A stretch of DNA of 64,000 nucleotides from Prorocentrum cordatum. Taxonomy: Eukaryota. Of the stretch, positions 23,223 through 34,877 are shown in pieces. Location: assembly GCA_963575745.1 (NCBI GenBank), contig CAUYUJ010000164.1:1-64000 (forward strand). Reading direction: 5' to 3'. How positions within the stretch are numbered: the first letter of the stretch is position 1; each line of letters opens with the position of its first letter. Under the pieces are notes generated by a model. It ran no database searches. It was given only the letters and a program-made list of their open reading frames with translations, and was not told the origin of the DNA. The translations under genes were made by a program, and so were the position numbers.

Positions 23223-24457
23223 TTTCTTGCGTCGTTTTCGCAGGATGGTCCAGGATGCTCCTCGAGGGCCCTCGCCAAACAGAGAACATCCGCGCGTCCG
23301 AACGATGCCAGGGGCCTTGTTTTCTCTCGGTGCGGATGCAGCCGTGGCGACGCGAAGCCTCCAGCCAGGCCCCCCCCCCTTCCCCCGCAAGGACGAGGAG
23401 CGCCGGGGAGGGCCGCCGCCGTCTCGCTCGGCCCTCCTCCTCTGCAGACCTCCGACGCCGTGGTGGGGCGCCTCCTGATCCGGACCACAGCGCCGGGGAG
23501 GGCCGCCGCTGTTCGCAGACCTCCGACGTCGTGGCTTCTCACCATGGGGCGCCTCATGATATCCGGACCACCTCCCCGGGACGGGCCCTTCGTCCTGGGC
23601 AGCTCCCTTCTTGGCGACGGGGCCCGGCGAAGGCCCCCCCGATCAAGGCCGAGCATGATCTCATGAATCCCGGTGGTGCTGTCCGGGATCGGGGGTCGAA
23701 GTCGACTCCCGTACCTACCCCGGGGCGCGTCCTGACTCGACCGGAATCTCAAGGCAAAACAAGGGCGACAGAGCAACCGGACACCACGAAGCTCGATCCT
23801 CGAACCCAGACGCCCGACGTCATGATTCTCAGAACGTCGACACCGGGGGCCTCTACCCGTTCCGCGGGGCCGGCTTCTCGCACCCCAGAAGCCGAAAAAA
23901 ACAACGAGCAACCTCCGCCTGGATCTCTTCCATGCGTTGGACGTTTGGGATGCCCGACCCTCCCCTGGCTTCGAATCTGCTGTACGTTGGATGATGTTTC
24001 GCCTTAGGTTTGTCGGAATTGCACACCAGACGATGCGAGCAAGGACGGCGGAAACATCAGAAAGGTGCAGCGGAGATTTACGCAAAAGTATGGCGGAAAC
24101 AGCGACGGCAAATCAGGACGGACATCGACATCAAAGGAGGGTTAAACGCAGGGCGGAAAAATACCCCCTCGCCCCAAAAGTACGGCGGATCAAAAATCAA
24201 TGTCCAAACTGGAGAAACCAAAACATACCGATACCGCTACTCCCAGGACCTCTCCCGGGGTGCGTTCTGACTAGAATTTCGAAGCGAATCCAGCGGTGCC
24301 GACGAAGGCCTCCCAAGGAGCGCCCAAAAAAGGAAAAACGAGGCCACGGTAGCGGTTTCGGTAGGGCAAACGAGGCTTCGGCGGATCAAGGATCAAGGTC
24401 CAGACTTTGAGCAGGGACCGACCGTCTGGCATTCCTGTAGGACTACCACGACATGTT

Positions 24458-24643
24458 CCCAGACCCCCGACGTAATGATTTTTTCATTACGTCGACCCCC
24501 AGAGGTCACGACCCTTTCCCCATGACCGGCTTTGCATCCTGAGTCGTTTTTTGACGCTCCCGAGGCCCAGTGAGGGCCCCAGGAGGCCGAAAATAGTGAA
24601 AAACCTCCCGTCGTGATTTTTTCATTACTCGAGGAGGTCTGGG
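24458..24643 (-). mobile_element. CCCAGA MITE with 2-bp TSD (TT)
   Basis: TT flanks both ends; an uninterrupted relative of the target repeat (CTACCACGACATGTTCT...) occurs at ~43720-43900. Confidence 0.85.
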
Positions 24644-25121
24644 TTCCTAGAGCACACACATGTTCTAATAACAAAAACTATAACCTTAGAGCACAAACCC
24701 GATGTGTTGAAAGAAGACTGTCTCAGCCAGAAGTGTCCCAAGAACAGTCTGTGCAAACCACAAGAGGTTCTCACAGCATTCTTCGGTGGGCCTATAGGCA
24801 AGCCAGGACGCTGCGCCCCTAAGATTAAGTCGGGCCTGTCCCCCTACAGGGGGATTTCGACGAACAAAAATACCCCCAAAATAACCAAAACATAGTTCAA
24901 ACATAGTCTGAGGACTAACATAAGCCTAAGATCCGACGTCGTGGAACAAAAAACACCGGCGTAAACATCACGCCCGGAGCCCTGGACCCCATCATTCCTG
25001 CGCCACGTCTCGAGCGGGCTCGATCTGGGAAGGCCCCGGGGGCTCGCAAAGGGGCGAAGCTGGCCTTCTCGAGACAGTCGAGACGCCAGCATCTCGGGGG
25101 CCACTGCTTGCAAACTCCGAG

Positions 25122-25310
25122 CCCAGACCCCCCGACGTGGCGATTTGTTCATGACGTCGACCCTCAGAGATCTCGACCCCCTCCCCTGGACCGGCTTGTC
25201 ATCCTCAGCCGTCTTTCGACGGCCCCGAGGGCCGGTAAGAGCCTCGCGAGAGGCCGAACATACAGGAAACATCCCGCCATGATGTTTTCACTGCCCGACG
25301 GGGGTCTGGG
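25122..25310 (-). mobile_element. CCCAGA MITE subfamily copy, part of a longer repeat inverted at 39789-40091
   Basis: CCCAGACCCCCCGACG ... GGGGGTCTGGG; similarity to the 39.8-40.1 kb copy extends to ~25455. Confidence 0.75.
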
Positions 25311-26099
25311 TTCGAGGCCTCCACCCACTCCCCGGTGCCGGTTTTTCACCCCGAGTCGTTCCTGCGCGGTCCAGGGGCCCCGCGAACGCAGGCGGAGAAT
25401 CGCCAGAAGCCGCCTGTCCCGACTTCTCCGTGATCCAAGGGGGTTACACCCCAGGAGGAGGAGGAGGAGGAGGAGGAGGAGGAGGAGGAGGAGGAGGAGG
25501 AGGAGAAGGCGGAGGAGGAGGAGGAGGAGGAGGAGGAGGAGGAGGAGGAGGAGGAGAAAGAGGAGGAGGAGGGAGGGGGAGGAGGAGAGGGGGAGGAGGA
25601 GGAGGAGAAGGAGGGGAGGAGGAGGAAGAGGAGGAGGAGGAGGAGGAGGAGGAGGAGGAGGAGGAGGAGGGGGAGGAGGAGGAGGCGGAGGCGGAGGAGG
25701 AGGAGGAGGAGGCGGCGGAGGAGGCGGAGGAAGCGGAGGAGGAGGAGGCGGAGGCTCGAAGGGCCCTGGGAGCCGAAGGGCCCAACGGGAGCCTCGAGGT
25801 CCGCGTCGAGCCCGCCGGCCGGGCCGCCGCCGTGCTCCCCGCCGCCCGGCCCGCGCAGCTCGCGCAGCTCGCGCAGCGCGCGGGCGCCGTGCGCGGCGCC
25901 CGGCCGCGGCGCCGCGGCAGCGGCGCGCGTTGGCCCCGCGAGGGGGCCGCCGCCGCCGGGGCCCTCCGGCAGGCGCCCGGTGGGCACCTGCCAGGGCCCT
26001 AAACCGAGAGCGTGCCAGGGCCCTGCCATGGTCCCACATCCCAGACCCCCTCGCGCTGTGAAAAAAACACGACGGGAGGTTTGTCGCTATCCCAGAGCA

Positions 26100-26220
26100 T
26101 CCAATCCACAGAAAAAAATGTGGATTCACATTTCTCCTATCGATCCACATTTTTTTTGTGGATCGACATTTTTTCCGGGGAATCCACATTTTTTTTTGTG
26201 GATCCACATTTTTTTCAGTG
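26100..26220. repeat. Left subterminal repeats (TGTGGATCCACA-type palindromes with A/T tracts)
   Basis: Several variants of AAAAATGTGGATCCACATTTTT, mirrored at 38575-38665. Confidence 0.85.
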
Positions 26221-26387
26221 TTCGCTGAGTTTCACGATTTTTTCATGATTTTTTCTTGAATTTTTCATTAATTTTTCTTGAATTTTTCTTGAATTTGCTT
26301 TTTCGTTTTCTTAGTATTAATGTTTACTCGGGTATTTAATGTAAAAACGCAAGTGATACATGATGATTGTAAGCGCTGGAGCTCATT

Positions 26388-26655
26388 GTGAGGACGTTCC
26401 GAATGAGAGTGGTTGACAGTACTCTGAACCTCGGATGCCACCAGTGTAGTGGCGGGCGGATTATTGCGAACGCTTGAACTTATTCTGAGGACATCCCGAA
26501 AAAGAGCCGTTGACAGAACTCTGAGCCTCGGACGCCACCAGTGTAGTGGCGGGCGGATTATTGCGAACGCTTGAACTTATTGTGAGGACATCCCGAGAAA
26601 GAGCCGTTGACAGAATTCTGAGCCTCGGACGCCACCAGTGTAGTGGCGGGCGGGA
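26388..26655. repeat. 97-bp tandem repeat, ~2.7 copies
   Basis: CCAGTGTAGTGGCGGGCGG recurs at 26441, 26538 and 26635. Confidence 0.9.
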
Positions 26656-26984
26656 TTGACCGTTGCTGTAACTAGCCCCTCTTTGACGTGGCCGAAATCG
26701 AACCATGACCACTCCCCACCTCAGTGATGAGAGCGATGATTCCTAGATCCCCGAAGACATTTACGCGAGGTACGAAGATCCAGAGTTTGATCCTGTGCAC
26801 TACAGCATGTATAACTACGGGGGTAGAGATCGCACGCGCCAGGGACAATGACGAGGACGACGGGGACGACCCTGACGACGACCCAGACGACGACCCCGAC
26901 GACCACGGGGACGGAGGGACCGATAACGACGACGGTCGACCTGAAATGCGTATGGACTTGTGGGCCGACGACGGTCGACCTCGA

Positions 26985-27060
26985 ATGCCGCGCTTGTGGG
27001 ATCTCACTTTCGGCCCTGACCATGGTCAGGGCCGAAAGTGAGATCCCACAAGCGCGGCAT
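26985..27060. repeat. Perfect 76-bp palindrome without spacer
   Basis: ATGCCGCGCTTGTGGGATCTCACTTTCGGCCCTGACCA|TGGTCAGGGCCGAAAGTGAGATCCCACAAGCGCGGCAT. Confidence 0.95.
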
Positions 27061-27270
27061 GAGATCCCGAAAGTGAGCTTCCTCAATAATCCCGCGCCCT
27101 GAGAGCGTACCCAAAGAGAGTTCGGGAAGAGCGTCCACAAACTGAGCAAAGGACCTTTTGGGTCCAATCCACCCCACATCCCTAAGACCTGTGTTCCCTG
27201 TCCCTTGGTCCCCTTCCCTCCCATTCTCCCGTCTTCTCTACCCCTTTCTCCTGCAGCCATTTTGCCCAAG

Positions 27271-29349
27271 ATGGTGAAGAAGTGGACGCCACCAGATGGC
27301 GAAGACCCGATGTCTATACTTGCCCCTCTTTTGAAACCGCAACTCAAAGATGTGTTGAATGATGGGCTGTATTCATCTACAGATATGAAGAAGGGGATTG
27401 ACGTGCCCTACCTGGAAAAAATGTCGCCCTGTCTACACGCCCTTTTCAGCTTAGATCCCAGGGGCGGCTACTTTCTCCAAGATGACATGGTGAGAACCGT
27501 GACCCACCTGTGCCAAGAACGAGACGCTGCCTCCAAGCTGCATGCCCTGTCTGTGGGGCTCAAGAAAAGCGAATCAGAGACCATTGAAAATATCGCATAT
27601 GCCTACCGTGTAATGTGTTCCCATGTGAGGGAAAAGTTCGATGCGATCTCAAAACAATCTGGGGCCAATAGAGCAACTGGTGGGCCCCTCGACGTGGTTT
27701 TCCAAGCTTTAACCTCGTCCGCAACGGGTACACGGAGAGCCTCATCAGCCAGCGGTTCGCGACTAGGGCCGCACGGGCATGACAATCTCAGGATCGACGT
27801 TTACACCCCTGGAATCCGTAGGGCCACAAAGGCTCGAATTCAGGAAAAAAACGAGATTCAAAAGAAATTCGTGAATTCCTGGTTTCTCGAAGAGCCCCTT
27901 TTCGCAGTTACTGCCAGAACGATTCCCGTCCTCTTTTCTCTCTCTCCCTCCCTCCCTCCCTCCCTCCATCTCTCCCTCCTCTTCTTCTCTCTCTCCCTCA
28001 TCTCTTTCCCTTGACCCCGTTGGTGAGACCCCAAATTTTCTGAACCCTCGGCCGATTCGCAACTCCCCAGGCAGTCCGCCGAGAAGACGAACCCCTTCCC
28101 CTTTTTCCGCAAGAAGGACGGGGTCCACGACGACGACTCGGACGGGGACGAGGGCGACTCGAGCGAGAGCAAGGAGGACAGTGACGACGATGACAAGCGT
28201 GTCGTCTCTCGGTGCCCATGGGAGGATGATCAGGGGTTACCTCAGATGGTCCGCAACGCAATCGTCTAGCGCATTCCTGTAATGACGAGGGGGGGCAAGG
28301 GTCGACGGGGGAAAAACCTGAATAGACGGATTGTCGACGGTGGGGTGAACGTCCACCCCCCTCGGGCAAGAGTTACGGGTAATGTCGATGGTGCTCCACG
28401 TGTTTCGGGCCCGAATTCTGATCGCCCTCCCTCCCCTGCCCCCCATCTCCCCTTCGAGGGACGCCAGGCGATTGCGCTGAGGCTGCTTTGTTGTAGTATT
28501 GACACCTCCCCCAAGTTGGTTCGACGGGGTGAAAGCGGTGAGCCTGCTTTCCGACGGCACCGAGATGACTGCTACTCTCATCTCAGGCTGCCGTCCCCTC
28601 CGCACTCCTCCTAATCCTCCTCCTCCTCCTCCTCCTCCTCATCCTCCTCCTCCTCCTCCTCCTCCTCCTCCTGACCCCCCTCCTATCTTCCTCATCCTCC
28701 TCCTCCTCCTCCTCTTCCTCCTCCTCCTCCTCCTCCTCCTCCTCCTCCTCCGATCCTTCACCTCCTCTTTTCTTTATTGATCCGCCCGTGAGGCCCACGT
28801 GGGTTCGTGGTCGCGATCCACTTCGACAACCACGAGGAGGAGACGACTTTGCCGAACTCCCACCTTACCGACGAGGGCGCTGTGCGCTTGGGGACAGCTA
28901 GCGGCATGAAACGCCCAGCTGCATCCTCGGAGGAACCAGTGGGCAAGAAGCCAGCAGCGGCACTCAAGCGCCCCGCAGCTGCAGCTTCTGATGATCGTCC
29001 AGATGGTGGCGTCCCTCCGCCAGACGAGCCTCCACGCGTGAAGATCTGGCCGACCAGACTTACCACTGCTGCTGGACACAGTGGCGCCCAGGTCGTGTTC
29101 GTGCACTTCACGAACCACGAGGGCAAGAAGAAGATGATGCAGGTGGGTTCGTTCTCCCCGAATGCAATGAAGGAGGGCTACATCGTAGAGGTATGCGCCA
29201 ATAGCCACAAGGAGGTCTTGCAGGGCTACCCCGAGGACAAGTGGGACCTCAACTCGTCGCGGACGGAGGCCGAGATTGAGGAGTTCCGGACCTTTGCGCG
29301 CAAGGCTCGTGATCACATCTTGAGCCGCACTGCAGGCACTGCAGGCTAG
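27271..29349 (+). CDS. Transposon cargo gene 1, hypothetical protein, 4 predicted exons (27271-~27791?, 28071-28211, 28516-28586, 28793-29349)
   Basis: ATG follows a pyrimidine tract and SL relic CTGCAGCCATTTTGCCCAAG (27251-27270). Exons 2-4 join in phase (..VVSR-WFDGVKAV..LISG-PRGFVV..). Acidic tract and KRPAA repeats present. First donor uncertain. Confidence 0.6.
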
Positions 29350-29716
29350 TTTGATGCCGCTGTCCTAGGACAGCGGAGGAGGAGGAGGAGGCAGAGGAGC
29401 TCCTCTGCCGACCGCCTCCTCGCTCTGGCTCTTCTCCTCCCACCTCCTGTCTCCTCCTCCTCCTCCTTCTCCTCCTCCTCCTCCACCTCCTCATCCTCCT
29501 CCTCTTCTCCCACCTTCTGCCTTCTCCTCCTCCTCCTCCTCCTCGTGGTGTTCCTCCTCCTCTTCGAGATCCGTCTCACTCATCCTGCTGATCTTTTGGT
29601 AGGGGCTCTGCGACCTGGCCCTGCCCTGGAAAAAAAACAGGTCTGTCTGAATTTCTCGCTCTCGCTCAGCCGCTCCAAGCCCCGACCCCAAGCCTCAGCC
29701 ACATGGGCTCGAGGCG

Positions 29717-32019
29717 ATGCTTCTAATTTTGATTACATGTATTTCTGAAGTCTCCGCGTCGCCAATCCTTAGAATCCATGGCGATACTGTTGGTAGCCTT
29801 GTGAGAGACACAACTCCTCGGGACCTGGATGTGGCTGAGATTTTCGCGGGAAGCTTCACCCTCTCTGAAATTGCGTTTGATGTTGGCTTGCGGTCTAGAG
29901 GGCTTGATAAAAACCAAGGGCCCGATCATGACATACTGAGTCTCTCTGGCTGGACCCGTGCAAAACGTATGGTGTTGAGCGTCGTACCTGCTGGACTCTG
30001 CTGGTTCGCACCTGATTTCGATCAATGGGTTGGGGGCCGAAGCGAACGATGGGTTCGGGCAGTTGGTTCCGAGCAGTGGTCACCAGGGCCCCGAGTAGAA
30101 GGTAACTGCGCTGTCAAAGCTGTGCGTGATGCTAACAATATGTTGAGAAGGACCTTATTCCTGATGGAGCTCGGGGTCCGACGCGGTGCCCACGTAATCC
30201 TAGAGAACCCGTTCGGCAGTGAAGCGTTCAATTTCCCGATGACGGTCGCACTCGCTAATTCATTGGGTCTTTACGGGGCTGCTACATCGTTGTGTAATTT
30301 CAGCTCGGGTGGGGACGGCATGCCGCACGCGACCCTGTACCTCCTGGGCTCACCGTGGTGGATTGTCCTCCTAAGCTTGCCTTGTCTACACAGCGACCAG
30401 GGGCACAAGAGACTCGAGGGTGTTGGTTCGAATCGCCGCTATTCCAAGAAAGGCCTGCTTGTGTTCAAAAATCAATGGGGTTTATGCTGCCCTCCTACCC
30501 TCCACCCCCAACGTCCATATCCCAATCAACAATACCCAGGGTATCCGCTACTCCAACCTTTTCCCACCCCTCCTCCCTCCTCTCTCAAGGGTCCCGCCTC
30601 CCCCTCGCCACCCTCCCCCTGTCCTCTCGAAGCTGTCTCCCAGCCAGGCATTCGAAGCTATCCGACGCAATTTTGCCACCGTGTGATCACCACTTTCAAG
30701 TTCTATCGCACCAGAGTTGCACACGAATCAGGAGGCCTCCCGAGAGTAGCACTGGCGTGCATCACAATCGGCTCACACTTCCTGGGGACAGGGCGGTTTG
30801 AGCACATGGGGGATTCGTCAGAACAGCCGATTGCAAAACGACCTCGACGATGTCTTCCAGAACCCCCCGATTCTGATGATGGAGCAGGGCCCGCCCCTTC
30901 TGATGATCGAGTATTTATACATGGTCCTGGGAAGTGGTTTCAGTTATCAATGCTCTCGCCTGATGCCAGAGAGACCGCTGAGTCAGAGTTCCCACACGAG
31001 CATGACAGCGAGGTGGATCCTGAAGATCTTGGAGGACCGATGCTGGTGGACCATGGGCCTGAGTGCGAGCCTATCGAGACGAACCCTAACGAGGAAGAGG
31101 TCGTGGCAGTCGATTTCCAGGAGGACCAGAAAATCAACAGGGAGGAGGAGGAGATGGCTAGTCGCAGGCTCCTGAAGGCCATGAGGGACCACCAGGAGTC
31201 CAAGGACCTGGATCTGGCGAAGATCTTGCAGGGGGAACTCGCTAGGGAGGCTTTCGCCGCAGCAGAGGACCTGGTGATTCCAATTTAACCCACATCGTTG
31301 GCGTTTCGTTCGGCCCGTTCTCCATGGCGCGAGCTTGAGGCTCGATGACGCGCTAAAGAGAACTGAATCGAAAGAAATTCCATCGAGGTGGGTGAAACTC
31401 GAATCGACCAGGAACGAAACTCCACGGACAATGACGACACGTCTTTGGAGCTTGCAAAGAAACTACAGCAGGAGGACGCTCAAGGGATCTCTGAACAAGA
31501 GGATAAGCGGCAGGAGGAGGGAGACAGCGGTAGGAGGAGGAAGGAGGAGGACTGGAGACCTCCTCCTCCTTCCTCCTCCTCATCGTCTCCTCCTCCTCGA
31601 TCCTCAGTCTCCTCCTCAGTCTCCTCCTCCTCCTCCTCCTCCTCCTCCTCATCCTTCTCCTCGTCAGTCCTCCTCGGACGCCCTCCCATAGTCGTTGCTT
31701 CTCCAATCCTGATCCTGAGATCTCCCACATCCGCCTTGTCTGGTCCTCCAGTCTTGTCTGGTCCGCCCCTCTTGCTTCGTGAGGGCCAGACAAGACTGGA
31801 AGACCAGACAAGACGGATCAAGAGGAGTTCAAGCTCGCCCTGGACGAGGCGGACACGCTGGATTTGGGCGCGTCGGCAGCTTCGCTTCGTACGCCGACGC
31901 CTGGCGCAAGCAGCAGTGGCCCTCGAGTCAACCCATTTCCACATTTCCGAGCTCCTGGAGATGGGGAGGATGATTCTGACAGTGGCCACTTGAGCAGCCC
32001 AACTCTTGAGATGATGTAG
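29717..32019 (+). CDS. Transposon cargo gene 2: C5 cytosine DNA methyltransferase-like protein, catalytic Cys apparently replaced; acidic C-terminal tail
   Basis: Motif I VAEIFAG, motif II/III-like GLDK..HDIL, motif IV position WFAPDF (expected P-x-C), motif VI ILENP, motif X-like SYPTQF after removal of an in-frame GC-AG intron 30453-30647. Exons beyond ~31265 (to TAG 32017-32019) are tentative. Confidence 0.65.
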
Positions 32020-32836
32020 GGGCGCCCACGAGTCTCCAGCTCGGCTGATGAGAGGGTAAAAAAAACACCAGCGTTTGGTTTTGTGGTCAGATTTTGACGT
32101 TCGGCCCGCTTTCGATTTCCTCTGGCCCAATCTGGGCCGATCCTGGCCCATGGGATCGCTCTCAGACCGCTTTGGGTCAGCCTCGGTCCTGAAATTTTCA
32201 GGAATTCTGAAATTCCTGAATTTTTGAGAACAGTTAGTTTTTGATGACAGTCACAAGGAAAACAATGATTTCTGAAATTCGTGATTTTTTTCAGGAATTT
32301 ATGCCGAATGATTTTTTGATGATGTCGCAAGCGAAATTGATGTTTTGGAGGTTTTCATGAATTTTTCTTGAATTTTCTGTTTTTCATGAATTTGCTCGGC
32401 ATGGTTTTTTGAGGATGTCACAGGCGAAATTGGTGTTTTTTTGATTTTTCATGAATTTTTTCATGAATTTGGCGGCGTAGCCGGCCTCGCCGGCCTCGCC
32501 GGCCTCCAGGTGTCCGGGAACTGGGGCCTCGGGACCCCTTGGTGAACTAGAATCGGTTCCTGAAAAGCTTCAGGTTCCTGGAAAAATCAAAAAAACACCT
32601 AGATGTCTTGTCCATCGCTCCTCAACCTCCGACCTCCTACCTCCTCTTCCTCAACCAACCTCCGCCTCCTCTTCAACCTCCGACCTCCTCTTTCTTAGCT
32701 CGCAGGAAGGCTGAGCTTTATCCTGAACGATTGGGCACGGCCCATTATGGCGTGTTTGTAGCCACACATTAGGCTCGAAGCTGCTTGAGGCTGCCACCGT
32801 GCCTTACCTCACTGGCGATACCTCTCTCGGTTGACA

Positions 32837-34307
32837 ATGGCGCAAAAAGCCAAGGGGGCGGCAAAAGCAAAGGGAGCCGCGAAATCCAAGGTGGAATCCA
32901 AGGATAAGGAACCCAAGGGTTCCAAAGCTCCCAAGGATACCCCCGTCGCGGCCGAGACCGCAGTAGTTCCCGTTCAGGGTTCGGAGAAAATTCCGAGGGC
33001 GGTCCAACGAGTTCGCGAGAGTCTCAATATTCATGGCGTCGATCTCTCAACACTTACCGCTGATGACTTCATGAAGTTGTCCAAGAAAGAGATCGACGAT
33101 ACCTTCAGCGCGCTCCGCTACCAGCTCTCCAAGCGTTCGGATAAAAGTGCCCTGGACGATTACATGAAGCTGAAGGCGGATGCTGACCGCAGGGACTGGC
33201 TTGCAAAATTCGTGGTAGACCCGAGCACGGGCGGCAGCACGGCGTCGAGCAGCACAACAGTGACCAAACGCGACACGGAGAAGGAGGTCGACGAATGGTT
33301 AACAGAGAAACAACTCGGAGGTCCGCAATGGTTGAACGACCCATATGCGGCCAAGATATTGTGCGAATCTGGTGACTTGGAGGATCGCCCCCATCGCTAT
33401 CCTAGTCTTGCCAAAGCTAACATCAAGGAGTTCAAGTTCACCAGGGAGATGATGATGCGCATGAGCGGCACTGAGGAGCAGAGCAAAGTCACCACTGAGG
33501 CGGAGATGGACCCAGAGCAGTACATGCAGGTGCAGCGTGCCATGGCCGACTCCTTGAAGCGCCAGATGCTCGCAGACAACACCACCACACCCGACCCCAA
33601 AGGGAAGAGATCCAAGAAAGTCAAGACTCCGCCTGAGGACGAGACCGAGGAGGAGAAACTCGCGAGGGAAGCTCGGGATGCCTTGCGTAACCGTCTGGCC
33701 TCCAAGAACAAGACCCTGAAGGAGCTCAAGGCCTACTTCGACGGGGTCCTGAACGAGATGCGCGACGTCGACTGGGTCAAGGAGCGCCTGGTGAAGAAGA
33801 ACCTACCAGCTGCCATGGGCGACTTCGTAGCGACTCAGGTCACTGAGCAGCTGAGCAAGATCGAGCCTCTCCAGGCCTGGCGTCCGAACGCCTTACGAAC
33901 AAGGAGGAGGAGGAAGATGAGGAGGAGGAGGAGATTGAGGAGGGGGGGGGGGGGGAGAAGCTAGAGGAGGACGATGAGGGAAGGAGACGGAGGAGGAGGA
34001 GGGTTTGGGCAGCTTTCGAAAACAAGCTTGGGACAGTTTTTCAGAAAACTGTTTTTTTGTTCAAAGGGGATGAGGAGGAGGAGAAGGAGGAGGAGGTGGA
34101 GGAGGAGGAATAGGAACATGTGCGATATCGCTCCCAGAGGCCTTGTACTACGAGTACAAAGCCGTGCCCGACTCGGAGTGGACCGACAAGAAGCTCGAGA
34201 AGTTCACGGATACCGTCAACTCCAAGAAGAATACCTTCAAGACGGGCTACGACAAGTTCGTGAAGGAGACCTGGACCGACGTGAAGGGCATGTGTGGCCC
34301 TAAGTAA
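32837..34307 (+). CDS. Transposon cargo gene 3, hypothetical K/E-rich protein, exons 32837-33874 and 34140-34307
   Basis: Long open frame with G/C-ending codon bias; phase-0 GC-AG intron gives ..EPLQ-ALYYEYK..CGPK*; degenerate SL relic at 32758-32780. Confidence 0.7.
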
Positions 34308-34877
34308 GCAGCGTCGAGCATTTTGCTCACGCGCGCAGGCTGCCAGCAGAAGGCTCGGAAAGATCATCCCCCAGGATTCCTGGATTGTAACAAGCCCCGA
34401 CGTTGGCAGCCTGCGCTAGCTAGTTTCAAAGATCTGTCTCTGGGTGTAATGCGTCTCACATCATTACTGGGATATCGCCTGGATTTCAGACGATCGACCC
34501 AAAAGACAGCTTTTGCGTTACGTACTCAAACTCTTCCTCTCTTCATCCTCTTCCTTCTATTCCCCCTCCTCCCCCATCTCCTCGACCGCATTCTCCTCCC
34601 CCCTCTCTGTCATCCTTATCTCCTCCCGTCACCCATCCACCGCCTCACCCCATCTCCTCCGCTTAGCTTGACCGTCTTAGCTAGGGGATCTGGCAGAAGT
34701 CGGCGTGGCCCGACGCGAGAAAAACAGCCGCTGTGGCGCCTGGAGCCGCGCGCAATCCGAAGGCCCAAGAATTTGTAGCATCCGAGGATGGATAGCGTGG
34801 ATTGTGAGGACACTCTCGTGCAAGGAGGGGGTGCGATTGCTGTTTCGACCCAAATCTTTTAGCTGCATGTCGCCGCC

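Noticed and set aside
26388..26655. CRISPR-like array
   Set aside because: Whole units repeat with no unique spacers; eukaryotic context and no cas genes.
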